From IMG/VR virus record IMGVR_UViG_3300005326_000040, positions 32,001 to 96,000 of that record: a stretch of DNA of 64,000 nt, one strand, 5' to 3'. The notes under the pieces were generated by a model. It was not told the origin of the DNA. It made no database searches and saw only the letters and a list, made by a program, of their open reading frames with translations. A program made the translations under genes and the position numbers. Of this stretch, positions 29,623 through 38,353 are shown in pieces. The stretch comes from a virus. Its lineage: Duplodnaviria > Caudoviricetes. Every line of letters starts with the position of its first letter. Position 1 is the stretch's first letter.

Positions 29623-29865
29623 TTAATCGTCCGTATCGGATGTGCTAGAATCTACCCTGTTGGTCATTCGTAATATACCCCAGATTCTACCCGCCAATTC
29701 TCTACTAACAGTATTTTTTGCAATGTCTCCAAGGTGCAAAATTACTTTTTCAAAACCATATTCCTTCGTTAACTGGAAAAGCTGGTCATATAGATTTCCA
29801 ATTGTTACGAAATTGGGACGAGGAACATTGGTTCTGTTCCTATTGCTTTTACCTTTGGCAAACAT
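29623..29865 (-). CDS. Hypothetical protein
   Basis: Likely start MFAKGK at 29865 with AGAGGA RBS. Confidence 0.6.
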   Translation of the reverse strand: MFAKGKSNRNRTNVPRPNFVTIGNLYDQLFQLTKEYGFEKVILHLGDIAKNTVSRELAGRIWGILRMTNRVDSSTSDTDD

Positions 29866-30044
29866 CTTTCCTCTAAATTGTTTTGGATTTTCTAATTCTA
29901 GATGGACATTTGAACCACAGAAGATGGTTCCAACGTATCTTGATAGAATATATATCCGTTGTTGCCTAGAAATATTGCTGAAAAAATATATCAAAGACAC
30001 GCCATACTATTAGGAACGTTTTTTCTTTAGAAGGTTACATTCAC

Positions 30045-30983
30045 ATGAATATCAAGCAAATTGAAGAATCTATCTCTTTATTTTTGAAAATGGCCGACGA
30101 CCAAAGTTTTTATATGTCGCCATTTCAAGCAGAAGAAATTGTTGAGAGACGACTCAATAAAACAGCAGATTTTTGGCAAGAGAAAGCTCAACAACTGGGT
30201 ATGGAAGCTCCTCCAGAAGGAGTTGTTCTAGAGAGCGGTGGTTCAAGCTCTACATCTAGTGATGTCGTGTTGGATGACGGAGCAGATGAAGTACTAGATG
30301 AAGATACATCTGGCGAGATAGTGGGAGATGAAACAGACGAAACAGACGAAACGGATGGAACAGACGAGTTAGATGTTTTACCCACAACTGACGACGTTGA
30401 AGAGACTGATCTTGACAGCGCCAGTGATGACCTCGATGTTGAACCAGATGCTGACACTGACCTTGATTCAATTGATACGGTTTCTAGCGCGGCATATAAC
30501 GATGCTATCAAGAAAATGGCAACCATAAATAAAGCTGCATTGCTTGATGATTCCATTAGTGATGACGACGATTTGGCCAATCAAGCTCTCGACGGTTTGT
30601 TTGACAGTGAAGACAGTAAAAACAGCGAGGATAACCCTCCAATTGAAACATTTGGCTTGGAAACAGATGATGATTCAGACCTAGATGGATTTGATTCAGA
30701 AAATGATGACTCAGACCTAACCGGGCTAAATCTCGATGAAACAGGTGATGACCTTCTTGATGAAACTGGCGATGACCTTTCTGGTTTAGATACAGTTTCC
30801 CCTCATATAGATGAGTCTGAACTCGATGATATGCTGAGCAGCGAGTTAGATAGTGATATCTCAGATGAAGACAACGAAGACGGCGGAATAGATTTGACAG
30901 ACATCTTAGGCCCAGACCAAAGCGAAGATGACACAGCCATTGAAGGCGTTGAAGATTTTGAAAACTTTGAAGATGAAAAATAA
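30045..30983 (+). CDS. Extremely acidic (D/E-rich) low-complexity protein
   Basis: 312 aa dominated by D/E/T/L repeats, with N-terminal leader FLKMADD. Confidence 0.8.
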   Translation: MNIKQIEESISLFLKMADDQSFYMSPFQAEEIVERRLNKTADFWQEKAQQLGMEAPPEGVVLESGGSSSTSSDVVLDDGADEVLDEDTSGEIVGDETDETDETDGTDELDVLPTTDDVEETDLDSASDDLDVEPDADTDLDSIDTVSSAAYNDAIKKMATINKAALLDDSISDDDDLANQALDGLFDSEDSKNSEDNPPIETFGLETDDDSDLDGFDSENDDSDLTGLNLDETGDDLLDETGDDLSGLDTVSPHIDESELDDMLSSELDSDISDEDNEDGGIDLTDILGPDQSEDDTAIEGVEDFENFEDEK

Positions 30984-31004
30984 CATAATCTAAAGAAAAT
31001 AAAA

Positions 31005-31036
31005 GAAAACGGCTGGTAAAAAATACCAGCCGTTTC
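31005..31036. terminator. Bidirectional intrinsic terminator between convergent genes
   Basis: AAACGGCTGGTA-AAAAA-TACCAGCCGTTT. Confidence 0.88.
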
Positions 31037-31056
31037 TAATTTAAGCAACTATTAAG

Positions 31057-31845
31057 TTATAGATTGTACTTGTCGTAATGCTTGGCTATCTCTGTCGCTA
31101 CACCAGAAACTATACCCGTATATGTCTTAATGTTCTCGGTGTAATATCTTTTCTCTCCAAGCGCTTGCGAATATCCTTGAATGTTTCCTGCAATTGCTTG
31201 ATCAATTGCTCCCTTGTGCTTACTGAACAGAAAACTATACCAATCACCTAGCCCTTGCGCTAAAGAACTATATGACCTCCAAAACCAATCTTTGTTTATG
31301 TAACGCTCTCCAGTTTTTAAGTCTCTTTGTGGGTCATCCATGATAAATACTGAACCGTCCCAATATGTGTTCTTTGACCCAACAGCATGATAGTTGCCTA
31401 CATTGTAGTTAAAGCAACCTGCAAAGCCTGTTTCAGCTTTGATTTGTGAAGTTAATGCTACTAAAAGGTTTTTCTTTTCCTCGGGGCTTATACCGGGATG
31501 CTTCTGTATTACAATCTGATTCAAACCACGTAAGACATCTTGTTCGTTCAATCCCGTCTTTTGCTTTGGAACGATTCTATAACCTTTTTTAGTCGCAGCT
31601 TCTAAGATAGCTTTTTCTCTAGCTTCCCCTTCCAAACCATTAAATCTATCACGATAGTTCTTCTTGGGCTTTTCTTTCTTTTCGCCGGAGGGAGTTTCTT
31701 TTTTTGTTTCCCCCAAAAGCTCGCCAACCCAACCGGAAAAACTATCTGCATTTAAATTCTTATCATCTAAAGCTAGTTTGGATAAGCCATAGTACGCCTT
31801 TGCCCACTTGCTCAAAAGCTCGATATCTTTTTTGCTAGAATTCAT
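31057..31845 (-). CDS. Glucosaminidase/FlgJ-like (GH73-type) peptidoglycan hydrolase
   Basis: SQIKAETG (catalytic E), NYNVGN, RSYSSLAQGLGDWYSFL, QAL..YYTE. Confidence 0.65.
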   Translation of the reverse strand: MNSSKKDIELLSKWAKAYYGLSKLALDDKNLNADSFSGWVGELLGETKKETPSGEKKEKPKKNYRDRFNGLEGEAREKAILEAATKKGYRIVPKQKTGLNEQDVLRGLNQIVIQKHPGISPEEKKNLLVALTSQIKAETGFAGCFNYNVGNYHAVGSKNTYWDGSVFIMDDPQRDLKTGERYINKDWFWRSYSSLAQGLGDWYSFLFSKHKGAIDQAIAGNIQGYSQALGEKRYYTENIKTYTGIVSGVATEIAKHYDKYNL

Positions 31846-31912
31846 CTCAAGAATATGTCCTATTATTGCTGGTGAGATAAGAATGTGTGAGTTCCTAGAT
31901 CTCTATGATCTG

Positions 31913-32776
31913 TCAGATCCCAGTTTTCCTAATTCCTTTGTAGCTGGAACTCACAGTGCGGAGATTGTAAACGCAGCCAGCAGAACATCCCTTACATTCG
32001 TAGGACCAAAGACTTCCCCAACCATCCCCAGAACGATAAATCATAATATGTCCGCTGCTTCCATTGTTGTATACTAAAGCGTCGCCCTCTAGCATAGAAC
32101 CCCTGGAAACAGTCTTCCATAAAGAACTGGTACCATTGAAACTGCTCGTGCTGTAGGGATGTTCATCGTCCGTCAACTCAGAATTATATGACGGAACTTC
32201 CCAAGCCTTCGCTACCATTCCAGAACAGTCCGCTCCATAACTTCCACTATGAGAACAACTAGGGCAGGAGCCGCTACAATAGCCCTTGGTTGAATTGTTT
32301 GGACCTTCCCCTCGCCATCGTCCATGTCCCCACCAATAAGAAAAGCCTACGGCCGATTGCGCCCGACTAACAATACGTTTGCGCAATTCGTTACCATCAT
32401 TGCTCAATTCGTTCCCGTCGTTGCTCAAATTGTAAACCTTCAAATAACTTCCATGAACCCAACCAACCGTCCCAGCTTGCTTTACTTGATAAAAAGAACT
32501 CGTTGGCGAGCCTGATTTCACAGCAACTACTGTCGTCCCTTCCGCTAATACCTTTAGAATCCCATAAGATGTAGAAGGGCCTTTTCGAAAATTAACATTT
32601 GCCGTCGTTATCAGCGTCGTACCAGATTCTATGTAGCTCGATAACCCCTCGCCGCTAATGTCAATGTCATCAGGCACACCATAAATTTCTGCCGATTCTA
32701 CCGCCGGGGCAGCTAAAGAACAACCAAATGTTATGGAGGAGAAAACAACCAGAAAGAATTGAAAAAGCTTGTACAT
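31913..32776 (-). CDS. Lipoprotein with SH3b and NlpC/P60 (C40) domains
   Basis: Lipobox-like ITFGC, SH3b VNFRKGPSTSYGIL..GWVHGSYL, ADCSGMV catalytic Cys, GHIMIY. Confidence 0.85.
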   Translation of the reverse strand: MYKLFQFFLVVFSSITFGCSLAAPAVESAEIYGVPDDIDISGEGLSSYIESGTTLITTANVNFRKGPSTSYGILKVLAEGTTVVAVKSGSPTSSFYQVKQAGTVGWVHGSYLKVYNLSNDGNELSNDGNELRKRIVSRAQSAVGFSYWWGHGRWRGEGPNNSTKGYCSGSCPSCSHSGSYGADCSGMVAKAWEVPSYNSELTDDEHPYSTSSFNGTSSLWKTVSRGSMLEGDALVYNNGSSGHIMIYRSGDGWGSLWSYECKGCSAGCVYNLRTVSSSYKGIRKTGI

Positions 32777-32806
32777 ACATTAACTGTATGCAACGACTAT
32801 GCCATC

Positions 32807-33145
32807 TTATATTTTGAATAAACATGGATAAATTAATCTATAGATAGCTCGGTCAAGCTTGAAATATACTTTATCAACCCTGGCGTAAACATGAAATCCA
32901 AACGCAACTTCTTCGCTTAGCCCCGGCATATATCCGCTGAGAATGACAAAATCACTATCGATTTTACCTCGCAGCTTCATCATGTATTCTTTCAATACAT
33001 CCCCTACAAATATTCGCATTTCAGATTGAGCTTGAGAATCACGAGCCGAACGAAAAACAAATTTTTGTTGGGCTTGATATTTCAAGTCATAACTAATAAC
33101 TCTTACTGTGTCTTCTGGAGATGCCCCCATAATAGATTTTTTCAT
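32807..33145 (-). CDS. Hypothetical protein (IYPC paralog 3)
   Basis: Likely start overlaps the upstream TGA (ATGA). Ends RLIYPCLFKI. Confidence 0.65.
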   Translation of the reverse strand: MKKSIMGASPEDTVRVISYDLKYQAQQKFVFRSARDSQAQSEMRIFVGDVLKEYMMKLRGKIDSDFVILSGYMPGLSEEVAFGFHVYARVDKVYFKLDRAIYRLIYPCLFKI

Positions 33146-33561
33146 GGCTGAAACGTCGCGTATAAGTTTCTGGTGTACAGTTTTGAATATATCTCTTTCC
33201 AAAAACACGGATAAATTGTTTTGGCTATTGCTTCGCAAATATTATACTTGCGTTCATCTATAACAATATACGCAGTTTCAAACCAGTTTTCTTCTAACTT
33301 AATAACAACCTTAAATGAACAATCCACTTGACCGCGAAGCATTACCATAAACTTTTGTAGCTTATGCTCTATAAACCCCTCTATACGAATTGCGCTGCTT
33401 TCGCCTTCTATTCTCTTTCCAACAAAACCTTTTTGTAAATCCATAAAAACATCTACATAAAGAAGCCGAACTACCTCGTCCGGTCGTTTCCCCTCAAGAG
33501 TTTTTAATAGATTTCTGTATTTCGCGCTATACAGAGAATCTTCTATTATTTGTACTGGCAT
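33142..33561 (-). CDS. Hypothetical protein (IYPC paralog 2)
   Basis: Contains AIAKTIYPCFWK. Confidence 0.65.
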   Translation of the reverse strand: MPVQIIEDSLYSAKYRNLLKTLEGKRPDEVVRLLYVDVFMDLQKGFVGKRIEGESSAIRIEGFIEHKLQKFMVMLRGQVDCSFKVVIKLEENWFETAYIVIDERKYNICEAIAKTIYPCFWKEIYSKLYTRNLYATFQP

Positions 33562-33944
33562 GGGTAAATTAACCTTCCAATAGCTTCTTCAAAACTCACG
33601 CATAAATGAGAATCAATAGTCAAATCAATAGTAATGGTTGGTGAATTTATTTGTGAGAAATGTGCTTCTCTTACCTTTACTTCATAAGGTATAGTTGAAC
33701 AACCCCGTAAACCAAGAGCAAATTCCTCAAATGTATGTCTGATTGCATTTGTAACATTGGCAATTATATTACCGGCTTTACAATTTTCCCAACTTTTCCA
33801 ATCCCTTCCACAATTGCGCAAATAATATTGCAAACAGCCAACAATAAATTCCGTAAGCTCTTTGATTACTTGCTTGGGATTATTGTACTTGATTCTTTCA
33901 AGCATTAAATGCAGCGCTTTGTCTTCAATAATATCAGGATCCAT
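33546..33944 (-). CDS. Hypothetical protein (IYPC paralog 1)
   Basis: Ends AIGRLIYPCQYK. GAGGA RBS. Confidence 0.65.
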   Translation of the reverse strand: MDPDIIEDKALHLMLERIKYNNPKQVIKELTEFIVGCLQYYLRNCGRDWKSWENCKAGNIIANVTNAIRHTFEEFALGLRGCSTIPYEVKVREAHFSQINSPTITIDLTIDSHLCVSFEEAIGRLIYPCQYK

Positions 33945-33955
33945 AACTAACGTCC

Positions 33956-34375
33956 TCAATCATAGCAGTTGGAGTCGTCGTATCCAGTATTCTCCGCCCA
34001 CCACGCTTGATACGCTGCGTCATCTTCAACGTCAGGCATAGTTCCACTAGAAACGCTGGTAGCGCTCGTCGCCTTCTGCAATTCTTCAACAGACGTTTCG
34101 TCCAAATACTTCACGCCATACTCAATAAAATCTCTCGCTTCTTCGGAGGTATCAAAGAAGTCAAAAGAATATGCCTTGCTATGGGTAATGTCCGCTCGAA
34201 ATCTTCCCTTACATTCGCTGCAATTACATTTGAAAACGGTGCCCAAAGGAGATCTCAAACAATCGCCAGACTCAATATATTGCCATACCATAAGCCCTTT
34301 ACGATTGATCATCGTCCATTCATATTCCATAACGGATTCTTTATTCTCTGTATTTTCTGTAGACATCATCAACAC
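33956..34375 (-). CDS. Hypothetical protein
   Basis: 139-aa ORF. Confidence 0.65.
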   Translation of the reverse strand: MLMMSTENTENKESVMEYEWTMINRKGLMVWQYIESGDCLRSPLGTVFKCNCSECKGRFRADITHSKAYSFDFFDTSEEARDFIEYGVKYLDETSVEELQKATSATSVSSGTMPDVEDDAAYQAWWAENTGYDDSNCYD

Positions 34376-34691
34376 TTTCTTGCCGGGCTTTGATATATCT
34401 TTCCGTTAGAATAACTCTTTTTATAAACTCATCATTCGAAAGCTCTTCCGTGTCATGATGGTAAAGATAATGGTTGAACACAAATGAAGTCGTTACTTCC
34501 CCATATGTTCCAAATTCTCTAATGCGTAAAGGCTCTCCGCAAACATCACAACGAATATACCTTCTTCGCCATCGCCCATTTCCTCTTACCAAGAACCTTC
34601 GCCATTGCCTCCGTAGCTTTCCCCATAATGTCCTTGGCCTGTACAAAGATTTTTCTTTCTCAGGCGGGCTACGATATGGATGATTTACCAT
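34341..34691 (-). CDS. Hypothetical protein, PYRSPP/CxxC family
   Basis: Paralog of 34685-35002. Confidence 0.7.
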   Translation of the reverse strand: MVNHPYRSPPEKEKSLYRPRTLWGKLRRQWRRFLVRGNGRWRRRYIRCDVCGEPLRIREFGTYGEVTTSFVFNHYLYHHDTEELSNDEFIKRVILTERYIKARQESVDDVYRKYRE

Positions 34692-35002
34692 GGTCCATTA
34701 TCGTTTGTATAACATTTAAACATCTCTTCAACCAACATCTTTGTCGTTGCATGCCCAGGATGCTCTTTTTGATAATGTTTTAAATATCTATCCCATAATA
34801 TGGGGTCAAAACAATAATATGGCATTCGCACATTGGCTTCGCCACAAATTTCACATCGTTCAAATCTCTTCTTCCAAGTCCCACGTTTCCAAACCAGAAA
34901 CTTTCTCCGGATAGAGCGAAGTTTACCTATCCAAGTTCTGGGCCGATAAACTTTTTTCTCTTCTTCCGGCGGGCTGCGATATGGACCAAGAGAATTCATC
35001 AC
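34685..35002 (-). CDS. Hypothetical protein, PYRSPP/CxxC family
   Basis: Paralog of 34341-34691. Confidence 0.7.
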   Translation of the reverse strand: MMNSLGPYRSPPEEEKKVYRPRTWIGKLRSIRRKFLVWKRGTWKKRFERCEICGEANVRMPYYCFDPILWDRYLKHYQKEHPGHATTKMLVEEMFKCYTNDNGPW

Positions 35003-35316
35003 TCTACAAAGTGATAGTTTGATAAACCATTATAAGATCCTACTTGCTTAGCTGTTTCGTTTCTTTCTTCAGAAAACTCCGAAAGCCAAACCGACCGATG
35101 ATTCGTACAATTGTCTATACTCTCAAGAAAGAATATCTTGTCGTTTTTGTAAATTACCTTATATTGCTCAAAAGCATAATACGTAAACTTTCCTTTTGAA
35201 TACCCAATACTATAATCAAACCTCATCCCAACTTCAATATTGTCCCATGGAATGTGCCGTAAACTCTGCCTGCCATACCTGCGAGCTTCGTATTCTTTTT
35301 CAGTAATCTCTTTCAT
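34999..35316 (-). CDS. Hypothetical protein
   Basis: 105 aa, similar to 36290-36628 (IxWxN..VGMxF). Confidence 0.7.
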   Translation of the reverse strand: MKEITEKEYEARRYGRQSLRHIPWDNIEVGMRFDYSIGYSKGKFTYYAFEQYKVIYKNDKIFFLESIDNCTNHRSVWLSEFSEERNETAKQVGSYNGLSNYHFVE

Positions 35317-35325
35317 TTTTCTTCC

Positions 35326-36093
35326 CTACGGAGCATTCACATCGAAGTAGTTAATATCACAAGACAATTCTTTGAGCCCGGCGGTAGCAAGAGTTGCTAA
35401 AGTTTTTCCTAAATCATCTTCAATTTCAAAAAACTGAGAGCTATCTCCTGTCCTATCCCAAAACTTAATGCTTTGATTCACATGCCCATAATGATCAAAA
35501 CTTTGAGTGAGTGTCGTTTGCTGGTTGAAATTCCTACAGTAATACAAATGCCGGCTCGCTCCAACATTACCAGTCGTTACAATTCCTGCCCACTTCTCCG
35601 TTACTGATGCTAAGTCTGTTCTAGAAAGCGCCATCCATCCAGCATTTCGAATCAAACCTGTGCTGATGTTCCCTATGTTCCAACCGTCTGTCAAAAGATA
35701 AAAACTGGGGCTGACAGAAATTATGGGGCAAATGATGTTCGATAAACCTTTACCGTGTCTATCCGCTGCCCATTCTCGCTTCAAACAATTATATAGACAT
35801 TCAAGTTCTACCCCGCCATTTATCGGAATATTGCTTGCTACACCATTGTTCAAAGCATAACGATGTAAATGAATTAGCTTTCTTCCCACATCAATATATA
35901 CTTCCCCGTCCCCATAACTAGCTCCATCGCTTAACTTTGTTGGGTCTTTCAATATATTCAATGAGCCGCCGCTCTTACTTTGAAATGCTCCAGGCGGCAT
36001 AAAACCCTTAATCTTAGCAGAAGTAAACCCATTCAAAGGCTTTCTAGTAATCCCTTCATGCTCTTCCCCACCATCAAACGCATCAAATTTCAT
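35326..36093 (-). CDS. Hypothetical protein
   Basis: 255-aa ORF. Confidence 0.75.
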   Translation of the reverse strand: MKFDAFDGGEEHEGITRKPLNGFTSAKIKGFMPPGAFQSKSGGSLNILKDPTKLSDGASYGDGEVYIDVGRKLIHLHRYALNNGVASNIPINGGVELECLYNCLKREWAADRHGKGLSNIICPIISVSPSFYLLTDGWNIGNISTGLIRNAGWMALSRTDLASVTEKWAGIVTTGNVGASRHLYYCRNFNQQTTLTQSFDHYGHVNQSIKFWDRTGDSSQFFEIEDDLGKTLATLATAGLKELSCDINYFDVNAP

Positions 36094-36293
36094 CGCCGCG
36101 CTCCAAGAATTATAAGATCCTTCTCGCTAACAGCAAATAATACACAACTCCTGTCCCCTTCTTTTGTCGGCTTCGTCGCACATACTACCACTCCAGCGCT
36201 CTGCCCCTCTCCACAAAATTGAAAATATCCCTTCCTCCCAGCATGATATGGATGATTATCTACCACTTCCACCGCTTGATTCTTCTTCATCAC
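36090..36293 (-). CDS. Hypothetical protein
   Basis: 67-aa ORF with ATGA coupling. Confidence 0.65.
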   Translation of the reverse strand: MMKKNQAVEVVDNHPYHAGRKGYFQFCGEGQSAGVVVCATKPTKEGDRSCVLFAVSEKDLIILGARR

Positions 36294-36628
36294 TTTTCCC
36301 CATCGCGGACCAAATACAAATCGCGCATCAAATACGATGAATATAATACGCCGCTCTCAAAATCCCGCCGACCAACTACATAAGGTGACCCATCCTCCCT
36401 CTCCAATACCATATACCTGTCCGTCTTGTATACCACCGCCCTTATGGTCCGACCATATCTCCGCTCCTCTTGCGGTATCTTCTTGTATTCATAATTCTTG
36501 TTATACCCCAAACAAAATGAACAAAACTTCATCCCAACAACAAAATTCTCCCACTTTATCTCCACCGCTCGCTTCAATCCGTAAGTTTCATTCTTAAATT
36601 CTTCCCACGTATATGCCTTCTTTTCCAT
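36290..36628 (-). CDS. Hypothetical protein
   Basis: Likely start MEKKAY with GGAGG RBS. Paralog of 34999-35316. Confidence 0.65.
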   Translation of the reverse strand: MEKKAYTWEEFKNETYGLKRAVEIKWENFVVGMKFCSFCLGYNKNYEYKKIPQEERRYGRTIRAVVYKTDRYMVLEREDGSPYVVGRRDFESGVLYSSYLMRDLYLVRDGEK

Positions 36629-36684
36629 CCTCTCGCCTCCAACCTGTATCCTACACCCTCCCCCTTCCCTTGTCAACCAAACCC

Positions 36685-37098
36685 TCAATTCGCAGGCTCT
36701 CGCTCAGGTATCTTCTTCTTTTCCTTCTCCTTAGGCTCCGTCCGTAACGTCCCATATGCTACAAATCCACCACCACATCTATGCCCATTATACTCCACCA
36801 ATGATTCATATCGCGGCACTAATATCAGCCCAAGTGTCCCTATCTTCCTCTTCTTCAATTGCTCCTCTATCTTCCCACGTATATACCCAGATATCGTCTC
36901 CTCTCCCCTTTTCTCATGATCCTTACACTCTACCTCTATCACAAAACTATGCACCGCACCTAATCCATCCCCTCCCGTTACATAACTCTTGTTCCCCAAT
37001 AACGGCCCTACCTTATACCCAACCCCCATCACCGCTAACTTTACCGCATCACTTATCCCAGCCGTCAATGTCACGATATACAACTGCCATTTACACAT
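36685..37098 (-). CDS. Hypothetical protein, first gene of the leftward unit
   Basis: 137-aa ORF, GGAGG RBS. Confidence 0.65.
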   Translation of the reverse strand: MCKWQLYIVTLTAGISDAVKLAVMGVGYKVGPLLGNKSYVTGGDGLGAVHSFVIEVECKDHEKRGEETISGYIRGKIEEQLKKRKIGTLGLILVPRYESLVEYNGHRCGGGFVAYGTLRTEPKEKEKKKIPEREPAN

Positions 37099-37414
37099 CG
37101 CTTCCTCCTACTCCCCACCCTACACTACCAAATCCCCTATGTCAATCTACGGCCAATTTCCCTTTTTTAAACTCCGGAGCAAAGCCAGCAAAATAAATCT
37201 TCCCAAAAAAACACTTAATAACTTAACTTAAACTTAAACCTTAACCCCAAATTTTATTTATACCATTTCCTATATACACCCAAACCCCAATAAAATTTAA
37301 ATCCACCCCCTTCCCCTTCTCTTTATACACCCTATACCATATACACTATACACTCTCTCTTAGAGAATACTCTCTTAGATAATATACACACACATACTAT
37401 CGCCGTACCGGCCC

Positions 37415-37613
37415 CTGGTTAATTACTTGGGTTTACCACTGGTGCCCTCTGGTCAATTACTGGAGTTTGAAGATATTTATACCTGGAGTCGTCTGGTTAA
37501 TCACTGGAGTTTACTGCTAGTGCCTTCTGGTCAATTACTGGAGTTTGAAGATATTTATACCTGGAGTTTGGAGTTATTTATACCTGGAGTCGTCTGGTTA
37601 ATTACTGGAGTTT
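37415..37613. repeat. Iteron-like direct repeat cluster
   Basis: CTGGTYAATYACTKGRGTTT at 37415, 37449, 37493, 37527 and 37594, plus three ATTTATACCTGGAGT copies. Partly organised as a 78-bp tandem unit. Confidence 0.9.
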
Positions 37614-37813
37614 GCTGGTCTGTAATTTCTGGATATTATGGATTACAGTGACACTGTTACTTTTCGTAAAAACTTATGCTACAACGTTAAAAATTACCCC
37701 AAATATACATCAATAATAACAATGACTTACGAAGGTGTTAGTTTTTAGATGTTTTGATTTGGTTTAAAGTGGTGGAGAGTGGGGATAAATGGGTTGTGAT
37801 ATCCTTTTGACGT

Positions 37814-37853
37814 GGGCCGGGCGCCGGGGCCGCCAGGGGGCCTAGGGGGTGGG
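37814..37853 (+). other. Putative G-quadruplex-forming sequence
   Basis: Six G-tracts (GGG, GGG, GGGG, GGGGG, GGGGG, GGG) with 1-6-nt loops within 40 nt. Confidence 0.6.
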
Positions 37854-37916
37854 CCTAGTGTCACGTCACGCGCTGTGATGCCATCTAGTGTGATGCAACG
37901 TCGTATAGTGTAACGT

Positions 37917-38017
37917 AGCGCAGTGACCATATATTGCACTATATCGTCACTCGGTCTGCGGTGTCGTGTAGCGTAGCGTAGGCCAGCGCAGTGACCATAT
38001 ATTGCACTATATGGTCA
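37917..38017. promoter_or_regulatory. Two directly repeated palindromes (operator-like)
   Basis: TGACCATATA-TTGCAC-TATAT(C/G)GTCA at 37924 and 37992, 68 bp apart. Confidence 0.7.
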
Positions 38018-38059
38018 AACCGCCTAACCCTGCCGTTACCTTTTGCGCGACGCTTCCCA

Positions 38060-38068
38060 TGGTATCAT
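38060..38068 (+). promoter_or_regulatory. Extended -10 promoter for the rightward early region
   Basis: TGnTATCAT upstream of a structured leader. Confidence 0.5.
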
Positions 38069-38353
38069 TAAAGTATAAGGTAATGGTTCGGGGGATAATC
38101 CCCTTCCGAAACCTTATGGTTCCCCGATGTTTCCCCTAACGTTATCCAGGGGTTACTAGTGGGTTCTCCGGGCGTTCTAGAGCGCTGGCAATAAACCAGT
38201 AAGGAACCGATCTGCCCCTAGTTAGGGGTTATTAGGGTTCCGAGAACAACCTAACGGCGCAAAGCCTGGGGAATCTAACGGTAACCTTTGGGCAATCAAA
38301 GGGAAACCAAAAGCCTGACCCAGCAGGATAACTGGGATTCCACGGAGTTTACA

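Noticed and set aside
32384-32425. 21-bp tandem duplication in the NlpC/P60 gene
   Set aside because: A simple in-frame linker duplication (LSNDGNE twice) with no sign of wider significance.
37415-37613. CRISPR array
   Set aside because: The sequences between repeats are themselves repeated and uneven in length. There are no unique spacers and no cas genes.
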